This document shows, piece by piece, positions 40,896 to 56,278 of a DNA stretch of 64,000 bases; within the stretch, counting starts at the first letter, position 1; the number at the start of each line of letters is the position of its first letter. Location: contig CM022673.1 in NCBI GenBank assembly GCA_012295275.1, positions 2,852,001 to 2,916,000 on the forward strand, in the 5' to 3' direction. The notes beneath the pieces were generated by a model. It had not been told where the DNA came from. It ran no database searches and saw nothing but the letters and a program-made list of their open reading frames with translations. The stretch comes from Chrysomallon squamiferum (taxonomy: Eukaryota; Animalia; Mollusca). The position numbers and the translations under genes were made by a program.

Positions 40896-42045
40896 CAAAA
40901 TATAAAAAATTAATAAAAATAAAATAACTACCTTCTACAATGAAAAGAGTTTTTTATGTGAAAAATACAAACGCTGTCTAAAAGTTGCAATAATTAAATG
41001 AATTAAAACCTGGTAACCTGATCACAGAAGTTAATTAATGAGAAAATAATTGAGTGGATATAATGAAAATGTCACATACATCAAACATGTCTGCCAGCTA
41101 TTACCCACCCCTGGGTTTCTACTTGCTGTTACTCTCCCTTGTTTTGCACTTGCTAGCCATTAATTCCCCAGCCCTATTACCCACCAGTTTAATTAAGTTA
41201 TTAATAATTAGACATTGCCTCGATTACTTCTTACTTGACCAGAACTAAATGGGTCAGTTTTACACCAAGTGGTACAAGAGAGAAAATAACATGGCCATGC
41301 ATTAGCTATGTAAACTGGTAGAATTCTCTAGTGAAATCGGTCACTGTGACCATTACAGACAGGCTTGAACCATCTTCTTCCATAGGTGCATGTAAAATAA
41401 CCCAAGTTGCTTTTGTATATTAGGTTTGTAATGGATTTTAATGATCTTTAAACTGCAGTTATATAGAACAAATAATTATATGAAGACTGAGTACTTTAAA
41501 TTTTATGTACATGAATTAAGTTGCGTATAAAACAGGTTGAATATTTACAGTATGTACTGGATATAACAATGTCACATCAACAGATCAAGAAGTTAAATAA
41601 AATGTAAGTCAGTGTTTTCAAGTCTATATTGTTCTCATCATGAAGAAGTAGGTAAACTAAACTGACATTTATATTCATATACATTACCAACAGCAATCTG
41701 AAGGAAACATTTATGGTTAAAGCAATTTCTTAATGGTCTTGGTTATTTACCAGACTAATCAAATTGTAAAATAATTCAAACAGTGTGGCTTTCTGGAGCT
41801 TTCAAATTCGTTTTGAAGGAGCAGTTGAATGGAAATGTTGCTGTTTTATGATCACTGTGTTAAGTATAACCAAGCACTTGGTTGATCAAACAATTTTAAT
41901 GGAAACCTCTCAGTTATTTCCAGTTCCGGCTAGATGTATGTCAGGAATATTTGCACAGTGTATGTATATGTAGATGTATGTGTATTTGTGTATGTGACTA
42001 TATATGTATGCATGTATGTACATATGAATGCAGTTATTTATATAC

Positions 42046-42082
<37 letters not shown>

Positions 42083-44304
42083 TAATGTATTTGTTCACAT
42101 GTGTTTGTGTCTGTGTTTGTCTGTCTGTCTATGACTGCATACATGTAATTATAAAGCATTTTTGTTAGTAGTGATTTAAAATATAGAAATCGGATCTAAA
42201 GTTATTTGCAGTCAGGACTGGGTACAAAGGAACATATGTGACCTGATGTGCACTGACACCAAACATTCCTGTGGGAAAATCCAAACAAGAAAACCTGCAC
42301 TGATAATCTTCAGAACAAAACAAAATAAATAAAAAATGAAAAAAAAAAAAGGAGAAAGAATCTAGACTTTAAAATCAAAATAACATTCCTTTTGCAAAAG
42401 TCAGATAAAACAAACACATTTTTCCTTCTTTTTGGAAGTATTTAATATTTTTTTTTTTAATATAAAAAAAAATTCTCTGTACACTCAAAATACTAGTTAT
42501 TTGGAAGCCCCAGATTTATACACGTCATCAAATAAGCCATTACTGTACAGATTATTTCTGTATTACTCTGTCAACAGCAAAAATGCATTTAAATGCCAGG
42601 ATTTTTGAAATACACGACTTCCATATAATGTTTCAAAACTGTGACACCTTTAAGAAAAGAGCTGAAGACAGAAATAGTTTCTGAGGACACAAAGAAAAGG
42701 AGGTGTTAATATGTGTTTGAGTTTGTATATGTGTATATAGATATATTTCTTTTTTGTAATGTCCATTGTCAGTATATACTTTATGCCAGGCTTAAAACGA
42801 ATGAAAAACTTTGCACAAAATAGTTAACAGCTATCCCAGTGCAAAATTACATACATACAACATATTCTCATAATTACTTACATACCAACACATTATACAG
42901 ACACATTCACATCCAGACATACATATGTAACACTTGTGGCATCCATTATACATACACACTAACATTTTCTTTTATGTATTCACTTAATAAACATAAGACA
43001 TAATCCAGCCTGCACCCACTTAAAAAGACATGCGTATGAATGTACAAGATTAACTTTTTAAAACAACAACAAAAAACATTTCAGTAATGTAATAAAGTTA
43101 AAACCAGCATGACAGTTTCAACCCTAGAGAAATGTGAATAGTTTACATACTTCAACAAATACAGCCTGAAGAAAATTTGAAGGGCTTGTCAAGTTTCAAA
43201 AACCTGACTACATTAACTGCATGTATTCTTCTACAAGCATGATTCAATTACAAAAATAAACAGTCACTTCAAGAAACTAGTTTCAGAAACACTGGAGAAA
43301 GAATACTGGCAGTTGTAATGTTAAATAACATCATTAAGTTAACATGAAATAATATAATACAAATTATAATGTAATGTAATGTAATACAAAAATAATGTAA
43401 TATAATAATAACAATATAATATAATATAATACATGTATAATGTACTGTAATGAAATATAGTACAATACAATTTCCCAGTTATTTAAATGTAGGTATTTAA
43501 CACCATATAATATTGATAAATTATCGTCATTCAGGTATTTACTTTTACATTTTAAAACACAGATAAATACAACACATACAAATGTAGAAACATACATTCA
43601 GACGTAACAATCCAACACAAACACACAGACAGACAGACAGTTGTAACATCCACACACACACACACACAGACAGACAGACATTCAATACTGCAACAAAGCA
43701 GAATGTAGAAGGAGAACTCACACACACATTAACTCAATGCCAATCTAAACAGTGCCCAGGGACACAGTCCTGATGCTATTCCATCCACTGCCTTCACTTT
43801 CACTTATGTCATACCCAGTATTTCACAGGCCTCTGTACAATACAGCTCTTTTTCCACACCGTGGGTGATGGGATATGAGTTTATGCCATATAAATAATTT
43901 TTATTGCTCTGCAGTTCGATGATTTCAGACTGATCAGTGAAAAGCTCAGTTAATGATTGGACTGCTTCCAGACAGGGTCAGGTCACTCTTGCCAGTTCTG
44001 TTGGTTTTACTTATCAGTTTTCTATAATACCACTTTATAGTGTGTGTGTGTGTGTGTGTATACATGTATGTATATAGAGAATTATATGTAATTTAATTAA
44101 CATAAGAAAATTATTTGGTGCCATATTGTCTAGAAAAATATGTAAGAAAATTTGTGCAGTGAACTCACATGTATTCATTATAAATATAATATATAACATG
44201 CATCATATCATTATCAATTTTACTTTATTCCTCTGAAGTTTTCTGTGTTTTTTTTTTTTTTGTCAGGGGGTTTATTCAAGTTATTGTTGCACATTTGAAT
44301 ATCC

Positions 44305-44339
<35 letters not shown>

Positions 44340-46489
44340 TATGTATATATATGCATATTAAGATATGCAAAAAATTAAAAAAAAAAAAAAAAAAAGGTAA
44401 AGAATACTTAAAATAAAGAGAAAAGTAAATAAATAAATAAATACCCTCCCAAAAAGAAAAAGTAGGTAAAAATATAAATATTAAAAAAGAAAATGAAGAT
44501 AAAAACAATAAATAAATTAAAATGACAACAACAGTAATAATAAAACTTGAACAAACCCCCTGAAAAAAACCACCCCAAAAACTTCAGAAGAATAAAGTGA
44601 AAAAACAAAAAAACAAACAAACAAAAGATAAACAGGAAAAAGGAAAGGTAGAAAATAAAAATATAATATTATGACACATAAGATATTAATGGATGATGAT
44701 TGTGCACAGAAGACAGTCTAGGTATGAGAACGAAGTTTACAAACAGCCCAGCCTAAAATATTTTATCTGTCTGAATCACACTGAGGAACTCATTTCTTAA
44801 AGTTATGTGTTTACATCAAGTAGGATAAAAATTTATCAGAATGACTTCTTCTTTTTTTGATATTTTTTTGTAGACGTAATCTTACAGAAATAAAGTAAAT
44901 CTAAACATGTTCCTTTTTTAGGACTGTTTAATATCGTCTTTGAAACTGCATGTATTGAAAAAAATAAAAATAAAAATATTAAAAGGAAGGTTATTAATAA
45001 TTCTGAGAAATTTTATATAAAAAAATAAGCAACATATTTATAATTTATAATAATAATAATAATAATAATATAAAATTTATATGAAATATAGCATAGCCTA
45101 ACCTAATAATATTCCATAATATAATACAATAAGAAATTAAATTAAAAATCAAATGAAATTAATAATAATGGATAAAAAGAAATAACAAACCATAAAAATA
45201 AAAATTAAGTAAAAATAAAAATATAATAAGAACATACATTTTTACCTTTCATTAGAAAAAGCCCCATTCGGCACCAAACATGATAAGATAATATTATTTT
45301 AATATAATTCTGTTTATCCTATTTATTTTTCTCTATCACAGTGAAGACAAATGGAGACAACTAAATCAGCTTTATCAGAATATTTAGAAAAACAAAAAAA
45401 AAATAATATAAATACAACAAAGATAAAAATAATATAGTGTATACCAGAACTGACAAAACTCACATATAATAATTTATTGTTTTACATGACTGCTTATGCA
45501 TTCTGATTGCTCAAATGATAAATTATGTTTTTTATTTAAATATTTTTATTTATTTATTAGATAATATTAATAAGTAATGGTAGAAGTAGTAATAGTAGTA
45601 TTAGCAGTAGACAAGGTAGTAATGCTAATAGCATTGTTGTTATTGTTATTATTATTATTAAATTTAAATTACAACTGTTTTAAAATACATTTCACATATG
45701 CAAAAACAACAAGAACTGCCTTTTAACAAATGATAACCTTTCCTATTTACTAACAAAGTGAAAGAAAATAAAAATATTTGTTCTGATCATCAAGAAATCG
45801 TACACAGAAAACTCGTGTAAGAAAAATGGACAGATTTTTACCACTGATCAAAACGGAGTAATATTTTTATTAACATTTCAGCCACACTGGTCAGCTCTTA
45901 ATAATACACCAATTGCTACATCATGCATTTAATGCAGAATCCTCTGGAAATCAATATATGTCGAAGGCCAGAACCGCAGTCCTACAATCATATTACATAT
46001 CCATTAAGCAAATACTTCTGTAGGGAAAAAGGACAGAAAAGGTTCGTGGCCAGTTGGAGTATAACATGAATACATAGTGGGTTTTTATCTATTCTGTTTT
46101 ATTATTATTATTAATAATCTCAGTTTGGTAAACAGTTTAATGACTACAAACGTTCACACCAATCTTTTGTCTGCGGGTTCTTATAAAGCTAATTTATTTC
46201 TCCACAACTAGGTATGCAGTATATATTTGTATTATATCCCATACGAGTACGTGTTGGCTGTAACGTACTTGTGGAATACAGCATATATGAAATGAAATGA
46301 GGTTTATGAAATGAGTTGTTGCAAAGAAAGTGAATTAAGTGTTTTGAAGATGGACATTAATGTAATTTACATTTAATCTATTATCTATGTGTAACTGTTC
46401 ATAATTTTTCTGTTTTGAAGCAGGGTATATGTGAGAGGAATTTTTTTTTAAATTATTATGTTACAGTTATTAATTTTTAATCCAGACAG

Positions 46490-46558
46490 TGGTGATACAA
46501 AATAGGGTGATGGAAAGTAGAATGTGTAAAACATCCCTTGCTGTTAGTAAAAAGCTAT

Positions 46559-46560
<2 letters not shown>
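46490..46560 (+). mobile_element. SINE core fragment
   Basis: Shares the taaaa.atc.cttgctg.ta motif with ~15113. Confidence 0.35.
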
Positions 46561-46639
<79 letters not shown>

Positions 46640-47310
46640 ACACACATACATTACCAGTTATGGCAGAGACAATAAGAATCATATTTAAACAACTATCCTG
46701 AAAGCATGTCTACCTGATACTGTCTGACTCATAATTCTTAAACAGAAGATAATAATTTTAAAATTTCTGAAAGTATTGCAATATATAAAACTTCCATTAA
46801 TTCCTTCTTAACACACACACACACAAAAAAATTATGTAATACAGGGTTTAAAATTTTAAAAGAATTGAAATATGAAATATGGCAGAAGAAGCAGTATTGT
46901 ATGAAGAGTATTGTATACTGATAAATCAGTAAGATAACGAGATATAACAGGTGGACTGATGATGTTATCTGGGGAGGGGGGGGGAAAGTGAATCACAACA
47001 CCATCTGCTACATGTGTAGATTGTAGGCAGGATCAGAATGGATATACAAACCTACAGCAGCCAGCCTGGGTGTGTCATCACCCCCTGCAGTCAGAAAACA
47101 TCTGACAAAGATATTAAAACCACTGCACTTTCTTTATTTTTAAAACTGTATATTCTCTCCTTCTAACAAATGTCTTCACTGAACTGACAAAATCTCTAAA
47201 GCATTTATTTCTTAAGTACAGCCAGCCATCCTGATGTATTTAACTAGAACTATAATTATTTATATCAGGAAATTGTAATTCTTACCTTGGTTTTAAAATT
47301 ATCATCACAC

Positions 47311-47355
<45 letters not shown>

Positions 47356-48874
47356 GAGACACACACACACATGCATGCTTACAGGCACACTTATATATAT
47401 ACAGAGAGAAAAGTAATTATTTATGAATCGGCCATTAATTACTTCAACAAATGTATCATTTTCTAGTACAATTCCTATGTAAGCTGATAACTGTTAATTA
47501 ATACTCTCTCTGCCAGCTATTTCTTTACATTTGTAAAACCATGCTATAACGCATCCTGCAGTAATAAAAATCTGGAACAGTGTAATAATCATACAGTGTG
47601 GCTGCTATTTCCTCCCTCTAAGAACAATTTCACACACATCCTTTTAATTACCTCCTTGTAATCATTATTCCTGAATTTCATGAGATTTCTCAGTCTGTTT
47701 TTAAAATTTCATAAACTGTTAACATAAAACTACATAAAATAGTGATAAGTGACATAGAATTATTAGTTGTATAGTTTTTTGTTTTATTTTAGTTATTTTA
47801 TGTTAATGTTACTTCACTACCAATAAAACTGAAGTATTTAGAACAGACTTTAAATTATCTTTGCACACACATACACACACACACACGCGCACACACACAC
47901 ACACAATGTACTTTTGATAGTATCTACATTAATGTTATACAAAATATTGGGTTTATCATTATAATTTACAGTAAAATTTCAAAAGGGTATACTAGAAAAG
48001 ACATTAATTACTACTAATCCACAAAAAGATAAACAAGTATAATGCTGTAAATTTTCAAAACCAATGTATGTGAAATATATGTATATATGGAACAAGGTTA
48101 AATACTGTTTGTATGTGTATCTGGGTTGTTAATATATTTTTATTAGCAACACAAAAACAGGCCTGGATACAGATTTACATTTGAATGCACAGAATTTAAC
48201 ACAACACTTGTACTGTGAGTTCAAAATGAAATATATTACAAGCTATTAAAATTTGTTATTATGCAAACATTATGATAATTATTCTGTATTAATAATGCAA
48301 ATATTATATATATATATATATAAATTATTCAGTTATATCTTAAGTTGTAAAATATTTGAAACTATCTTGCATCTCTAAAAGACATTTATGAATATTTCAA
48401 AGTTAAATTAGAAACAGGTTAATGTTACAGCAAATAGAAGTTTGCAATAAATTACAGCTTAGAACAAACATCATTTATTTTCCTCAAATATAAAAAAAAT
48501 ATTTGCTGAATGTTATTAAATAAATAAATAATATTACATTTCCAATTTTCATCTTTTTTTTTTTTTAAATTTATGTTTTTTTTTTTTTCTTTTTTTTTTT
48601 TTGTATTATTATTTTTTTTAATGCTGATAATCATCTCATGAATTTTGTTTTGCAAAATGTATTTTTTAACCTTCCTCCTCTGTTTACAGGTAGAGAGACT
48701 TTTGTGGAAATGCACCTAAGCAGATGCTAAACACAGTATTAACGATATGCTAAGTGGTTTGTATCTGCAAAATGTATAAAAAAGAGACAGAAATACACAG
48801 ATTTCGAAAGGTGAAGTAAAATTAATTTATTCTTTTCTTGAACAAAACCTTCTTACACAGATTTATTTTATTAA

Positions 48875-48926
<52 letters not shown>

Positions 48927-49696
48927 ATCACTATTATAAACTGAAAATGTGTTATACTCATATTTAACAATTTTTGAAAAATATATAATAAATTATGATA
49001 TAAAGACACATAGACAAATGCAGAAAATAACAACACACAACAAACACATGTACACATAAACAAAAATAATCATAATTAAAAAGTCACACACACTTGCATG
49101 TACAAACACATACAAACACATACATACATCTATTCAATTTTTTCCCACCTAAAGAACATATTACATTCATCACTGTCAGATACAAGATGTATTCCATCTC
49201 ATTCAGCTTTCTGTATGAGTAACAGCAGGGCATTCTGCACCAGCTTACAACCACAACACAGCCCAACATGTTTCCAAAATACACAGAAGACAGTTTAATA
49301 CAAACATTAATTTGCAGTAATATAATCTGTATATATATATATATATATATTAACTAGTAGACAGAACACACACAACATACACCTCATTTGCATTTTTATG
49401 TCACAAAAATAAGATCTTGTTTATCCAATGCAGTGATGTATTACTCTGTAACAAAGTCAGTTGTGTTTGTAATGTTTTTGTGCAAATGAATAATTCAGTA
49501 GAATGTGTTGAACCCAAATAATGCCCTAATGTTGCAGTGTGGTTTGCATATAATATTAGTATGAAGAGCTCAGCGATATTTTAATTTGTAATGTGATTAT
49601 TACATAACTATTATGAATGCAGATAGTGTTACAATAGATACTAATAATGGTATTATACCATGTGTGGCCTATATATTTACATATGTAAGACATGCA

Positions 49697-49751
<55 letters not shown>

Positions 49752-50255
49752 TGTATACTACTTATAACTAAAAGTTTTTATTAATTTTAGTTTTATCTTA
49801 CCAAATACATAAACATGCAGACACACACACACACACACACACACAAAACAAAATACTATTTCCATCTACTTACACTTCCTTTTAACCTCACAATCTTTAA
49901 ATTTAGAAGTCTAAATCTGCTATGAGCAAAACTTCCAGAACATTTCCTTTTGATATAAAAAAATATAAAGTAGAAGGCTAACCCATAAACATCAACAAAA
50001 AATGTTAATAAACAACCACTTATAAAAATACATTTACTCACAAAGAAAATTCAGATCTATAATTTATAAATAATAAGTCTATACACAGCTGACAAGACAA
50101 GGCAGCACTTTTATGACAAAGAGAGGAGAAATATATATGGCTGAAGAATATCCAGTTTCATAAGCCAGTTTTAACAATCTATCCAAGAAATAAAGAAAGA
50201 AAAAGACTTCACAGTCTCCTGAAATTGCAGTAGCAGTATGAATATTGGTACTTAC

Positions 50256-50490
50256 AGTTTACCATACAGACCAGCAGCAACTGCAGAAGTCAGTAGCCGA
50301 TGATGATACTGATGACGATGATGATGGTGATGATGACCAGAACTAATAACAATTCAGGACAATCCCAGAAATTCCCAACAAGAAAGAGTTAATCACCAAG
50401 GCCAGAGAGAGACACATGCAAGTGTGTGTGAAGAGATGACAGGCAAACCTGGCTCACTTCCAGCAGTGGTAGCAGGGTTGGCAGTTTGAA
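50256..50490 (-). other. Candidate alternative first exon of gene A
   Basis: Donor ACT|gtaagt at 50256/50255. The sequence is GC-richer and non-repetitive, with a motif cluster ~350 bp upstream. The 5' end is approximate. Confidence 0.45.
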
Positions 50491-50678
50491 GATGATGTTA
50501 GAATAATTATTTAAAATGTGTGAGCAGTGAAAAACCCCAGAATTACTTTTTTTTTATAATTTTTTTTTTTTATCTGTTTGACTCTTGGTTTCAGAGAGAC
50601 AATACCCAAGGCAGGGCAGTTTACAAAACAAAAGCCTTGCAAGCAGTCAGTGTAATTATTTCAAAGCTTCCTCATTCA

Positions 50679-50905
50679 TGACGTGTCATGCATCAGTGAA
50701 TGTTGTGATTGCTGTAGCATGTGAGAGACCTATCACCCCTTGGAACAAGGAGTGTTTGGGAATGGTCCAAAAGATGTGAAGAATGTTTGTAGCCAATGGG
50801 AGAGCAGTGTTGAGGACATCCCATCCAAAGGCTTGTGATGAACATTTCCATATATGGAAAGGCATGCCTGCTGTACAAGGTCAGTGACTCACTAGGGGAA
50901 TCCCC
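50679..50905. promoter_or_regulatory. Cis-regulatory cluster: CRE-like site, CCAAT, CArG box, nuclear-receptor half site, AP-1, NF-kB site
   Basis: TGACGT ~50679; CCAAT 50793-50797; CCATATATGG 50848-50857; AAGGTCA 50877-50883; TGACTCA 50885-50891; GGGGAATCCCC 50895-50905. Confidence 0.6.
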
Positions 50906-52059
50906 AATGTCTAGACGGACACAAAGAAATTACTGGAGGGAACAAAATTAAAATCAATAGAAGACAATGACAGCAATTATGTAATTAAACTAAAAAAAAA
51001 AAAATTAAAAATTAAATACTAAAATTATAATTAATAAATATATATATATATTTTAAAAACTTAAATCTAGATAAATGTTTTGATTTTTATATTGAAAAAA
51101 AAATTGGATAATGGTTTATATTTCTTTTTCTCAGAATCTCCCTTTTTAGTGCTTGATCTCTCTCTCTCTCTCTCTCTCTCATTCTCTGTTATCTCTTGTT
51201 CAGTATTGCTGTTTAAATTACATTCTTTCTACTTTGATTCATTCATCACTTATTCCTGTTACTAACTGCCTTCTCTCACACATTACCATCACAATAACAA
51301 ATCTATTCACCAACATTTTTTATTTTTACCATTTCTTTCTTTCTTTCAGTCTGGCATTTCATTTGACACATATTTCAAATATCTGATTCGTCCTATCACA
51401 ACACAAACCCTAATTCACTATTGATCACCAACTTCAATTTGCACCTTTGCAAAAAAACATAAAACCCAGAATATCAGACATTTTACAACAAAACAAAATA
51501 TCTCTCTTATTGTCTATTTTTTGTTGTTGTCAGGATAAACTTTTACATGTCATTCAAGGTAAAGCCTGCATGCTCTACAAAATGTCAAAGCCTCAAACAG
51601 TTTAACAAACACTCCTTCAGTCAAACAACATGCATTTGATAAGGTATATGTGAAGTATTTTTTGAAACTTTGGAGCACAGATTTGGACTGGGAGTTTTTT
51701 TTTTTCCCTTTCTTTCTCTTTGTCACATGTTCATGATCATCAGTCAATTGAATGTCACCAAGTAATTATTTTAGAAAACAGATGACAGTCCAGACAAGTG
51801 AGTCACAGCATTTAAAGTGTTACGTCATCAAGTCTTGCTGGGCACAGTAATACGTCTAAACAATATTACTTTTTATTAAACCTTTGATGCATATAATTGG
51901 TATTATGCAGATGTGAGAAAAACAGTTTGGGAATATAAATTAAGGGAGGATGGAATAAATTATAGGGAAAATGTATTATACGAACTGAAATTCTGAAATT
52001 ATTCATAGCACAAGGTGATTAAATACTAAAATCAGATGCCTCATTGATATATATTCCAG

Positions 52060-52102
<43 letters not shown>

Positions 52103-52229
52103 TGAAGGTCAAAAAAATCTAAATAAAGTCAGTTTTCATTTCAAAACTGTCCTAATACCAACTATAGACAAACAATGCATTTTTAAAAAACATCATTAAA
52201 ATTTAAATCCTTACAAAATCTAGAAGACA

Positions 52230-52345
52230 TGGTATTTTTGTGAGCATTAACATTGTGAATCACTGGGTACTAGCTGGAATGGTGAAAATGCACTAAGAAG
52301 GTTTGATCTTGTGACCTATTATGCTTAGGGCACACATGTAACAAA
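52230..52345 (-). mobile_element. Degenerate SINE head, reverse orientation
   Basis: Contains ggtttgatcttgtgacc, a near-palindromic B-box-like segment, and resembles the other SINE remnants. Confidence 0.3.
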
Positions 52346-52602
52346 CGAACCACACCTGTCTGCTGATCAAAATTAAGCAAAATATACTATGTCAAACTTA
52401 TATAAATGATTTAAGATTTTTATTTTTTTTGAATATTTAGTCATCCAGATGCACATTCACAGCTCAGTCAGTTTCAATCAGCTTTGTGGCAGTTTTGTGA
52501 TATGTCAGGCTAAAAGCATTTTGTCAGTTATTACTGTTAAATAAAATACAAAAGATAAACTAAATCAAGTTGATAAAATAAAACAAAATGAAATAATAAG
52601 AT

Positions 52603-52791
52603 ATGTGTGTGTGTGTGTGTGTTTATGTATATATATGTGTGTGTGCGTGTGTGTGTAAATGTATATATGTGTGTGTGTGTGTACACATACATATATACAT
52701 ATATATACAAACATATATTCATATATATATACAAACATATATTCATATATATATACAAACATATATTCATATAGATATACAAACACATATA

Positions 52792-52826
<35 letters not shown>

Positions 52827-52950
52827 CACACACATATATACATATATACATACATATATACACATATATATGCATATATATATACACATATATACATATA
52901 TACACACATATACATATACATATACACACACACACACACACACATATATG
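52603..52950. repeat. (TG)/(TA)/(CA) compound microsatellite with a 24-bp sub-repeat
   Basis: Direct; acaaacatatattcatatatatat x3. Confidence 0.95.
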
Positions 52951-53178
52951 AACTGAAATGAAATAACTTTTAAATTTACGAAATAGTAATAAAATTAAAA
53001 ACAAAATATGTTACTTGAAAATAGATATACTATAGAAAGTTAACATGCTCTATTTTTTTTTTTTTTAATCAAATCACATCTAAAATATCAGTCATCAATT
53101 CTTTTAAAATCACAACACTACTCTTTATATATATATATATATAAATGAAAATAAAAAAAGGTAAAAATATTACCTTAC

Positions 53179-53277
53179 CTGCTACAGTAGCTTACAAACA
53201 TCTACACTAACTCTCTATATTCATAACAATATCCATCCATTGTGAGAGGAGATGTTTGTAAGAAAAAAAAAAGATAC
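53179..53277 (-). other. Candidate internal 5'UTR exon (99 nt) of gene A
   Basis: Acceptor ctaacactttcag|G and donor CAG|gtaagg. It contains a short uORF (MDGYCYEYRELV*). Confidence 0.4.
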
Positions 53278-53813
53278 CTGAAAGTGTTAGTTAAGGTAAA
53301 TAAGTACAACACAGATTTATTTGAATTGAAATTCCTGGATTTGAAATTTCACCACACACAAACACCAAATCAACAGAAGATGCTCTGTGCACACAATCTG
53401 CCCTGTTATCTGTGAAGTTCTTTGCAATCTTGCTGTACTGAAAAATGGTTAAAACTCTTGGCTGTACATCAAAGTAGTTCTTAGGCATTTTCACATGTCT
53501 AATATGTACCAGGCTTCTTCAGATTTGGCTGAAAATCAGTGAAAATATTTTATCCTTTTTTGTCTTCTTCCCCCCCCCTTTTTGGTGTGGTCAATGTGCT
53601 CTCTCTCTCTGTCTCTCTTTCTCACACATATATTCATCTAGTCTAATAAACAACAACTATTTTGTAGTCACTGATCCTAAATGATTGATTTAAAATTTTT
53701 AAAAAATAATTTTTGTTTATTATTAATAAAGGCCTAATTATTAATATAACTGATCATACTGATTTTAGAAAACAACAGTTTATGTATGGAAACAACAGCT
53801 AGTCATTGGTTAA

Positions 53814-54125
53814 ATATCAAGTAATATTCTTATTATACATGTACTAGATATCAAGTATTATTCTTATTATACTTGTACTAGATATCAAGTATTATTCTTA
53901 TTATACATGTACTAGATATCAAGTATTATTCTTATTATACATGTACTAGATATCAAGTAATATTCTTATTATACATGTACTAGATATCAAGTATTATTCT
54001 TATTATAGATGTACTAGATATCAAGTATTATTCTTATTATACATGTACTAGATATCAAGTATTATTCTTATTATACTTGTACTAGATATCAAGTATTATT
54101 CTTATTATACTTGTACTAGATATCA
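53814..54125. repeat. 34-bp minisatellite, 9 near-identical copies (atatcaagtattattcttattatacatgtactag)
   Basis: Direct inspection; 0-2 substitutions per unit. Confidence 0.95.
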
Positions 54126-55211
54126 CTGCCAGAAACATCATTACTAAGCTCCCATAAATGAAACTTTTTTCATGGAAATTTCTTTTAATTAAATGGTGTG
54201 TTTTATTATGTTTATTTATTAATTATTTTTATTATTATTGTTATTATTATTATTATTTAAAAATTTTTTTTTACCAAATAAATGTTCCATACTCTCAGAA
54301 AAACACATACCAAAAAGTTTAATGCATATTATTCATAGCCAGTGAAGGATCAATGAATGAACAGATGAATGAATAAACAAATAAAGGTCTCAGTACAAAA
54401 TAACTGTAATGGATGACGTAGGAAGCCTTCCTGTGTAAGATGTCGCTCAAATAAAAATGCCTGGTTTTATTAAACATGGAAGCTACCAATCCTGTAACAA
54501 ATCATTCTCCAAAGCTCATTTTTTTTTGTTTATTTTTAATTTCATTACTCATTTTATTGTTTTAACAAGAAATTCTTTCTGTTTTCTTTAGAGTGATAAA
54601 TAGTGAAATCACCAATACTGGGTTGTTATTTTTTGTTTTTTTTAAATTTCTTTATGTTAATATTTTGGTCCAGTTTATATTTAAGTGTTTGTCTGGAAAT
54701 CATTTGTAAATGTAACACCAAACTCCCACTCTCCCTGCCCACGTCTTCTGTTATGATGTAAGAACCAATTAAAAACTCACTTCCTGGTTTTTTTCAACAA
54801 CAGTTCTTTAAATTGTTTTTCTTTCTAAATTTAGAAAAATTATTTCATTGAGAACAAATAAACAAAAATAAATATTTTCTCGTTGACACACATACACTGA
54901 AAATGTTATTACTGATCACCAATTTTATTAACATATTATTTACCCATGCTGTATATATATGTCCGTGTAATAAATAATTATACGTTATCAACAGATGAAC
55001 TATTAAGTATAATTAAATGACGTGATATTGATGAACACTATAATCACTAATGCATCCATCTTGACAAAATAATGCTGTAGTGCTACTGAGTGTGTTTCCA
55101 TTTACTGAAACCGTTCATTTGACAAGTTGTAATATCTCTCACTGTGTAATATGTCAGACATTAACAAGGAAGAACCCAGTGAAATGAATCTCATTCTTTG
55201 TCAGGCTTCTC

Positions 55212-55241
55212 CACACACACACACACACACACACACACCCA

Positions 55242-55276
<35 letters not shown>

Positions 55277-55503
55277 ACACCCACACCCAGACACACACAC
55301 ACCCACCCACATACTCACAGACACACACACACTCACACACACACAGACACACACACACACAGACACACACACACATACAGACACACACACACACTCACAG
55401 ACACACACACACTCACAGACACACACTCACAGACACACTCACAGACACACACACACACACACTCACACACACACACACAAACACACTCACAGACACACAC
55501 ACA
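55212..55503. repeat. (CA)n-based compound microsatellite
   Basis: Direct. Confidence 0.95.
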
Positions 55504-56238
55504 GAGAAATATATATATACTTTTTATTTGCTGTTTTTATTAAGTGTTTTCAAAATACGTAATTAAAAATATAAAAATGTGATAAAGTTTCTTCTTTCTT
55601 AATGAAAGTGAATTACAGAGACAATGAAATTTAATCAGTGAATATATCTAAAGCTAACAGAAATAATTTATAAAATATTTCAAAATGCTATTTTGTCTAC
55701 TGTAATGTGAATGATTACAAACATCTTTTTTTAATTATTATTTAACAAATGGATACTATTTACACATATATAATTATATTTTGGTCTTTTACTGTACAGA
55801 CACACACACACACACATATACATGCACACCTATATACATGGACACCCATTATTATAACCAAGATGTCTTGTACCATTAAGTATTTTACTTACACAAAGTA
55901 TTACAGTTTAACTTTGTTGGATAAAACATAATAACAAAGTTTTCTTTTTTTTTAGGGTGGAGTCAACAGGAAAACTGTCCTTGACATGTTAAAGCATTAA
56001 TCTATTGTTGGACTTCACTCAGTGGGTGGCAACTTGCACACAGAGAGAAAAATAACTGCACACCAGAGACTGTGATATACATTACTTTAACAATGGCCTG
56101 CCATGAGATATCATCTTAATTTCACACACAGATGTGTGTTGTTGATATTATCTGTGAAATAGTGTGTATTTGTGTGAATGTGTATCTGGCATGTGTATAT
56201 GGTTTTGAGAGAAGGTATACACACACAAACAAAAACAT

Positions 56239-56278
<40 letters not shown>

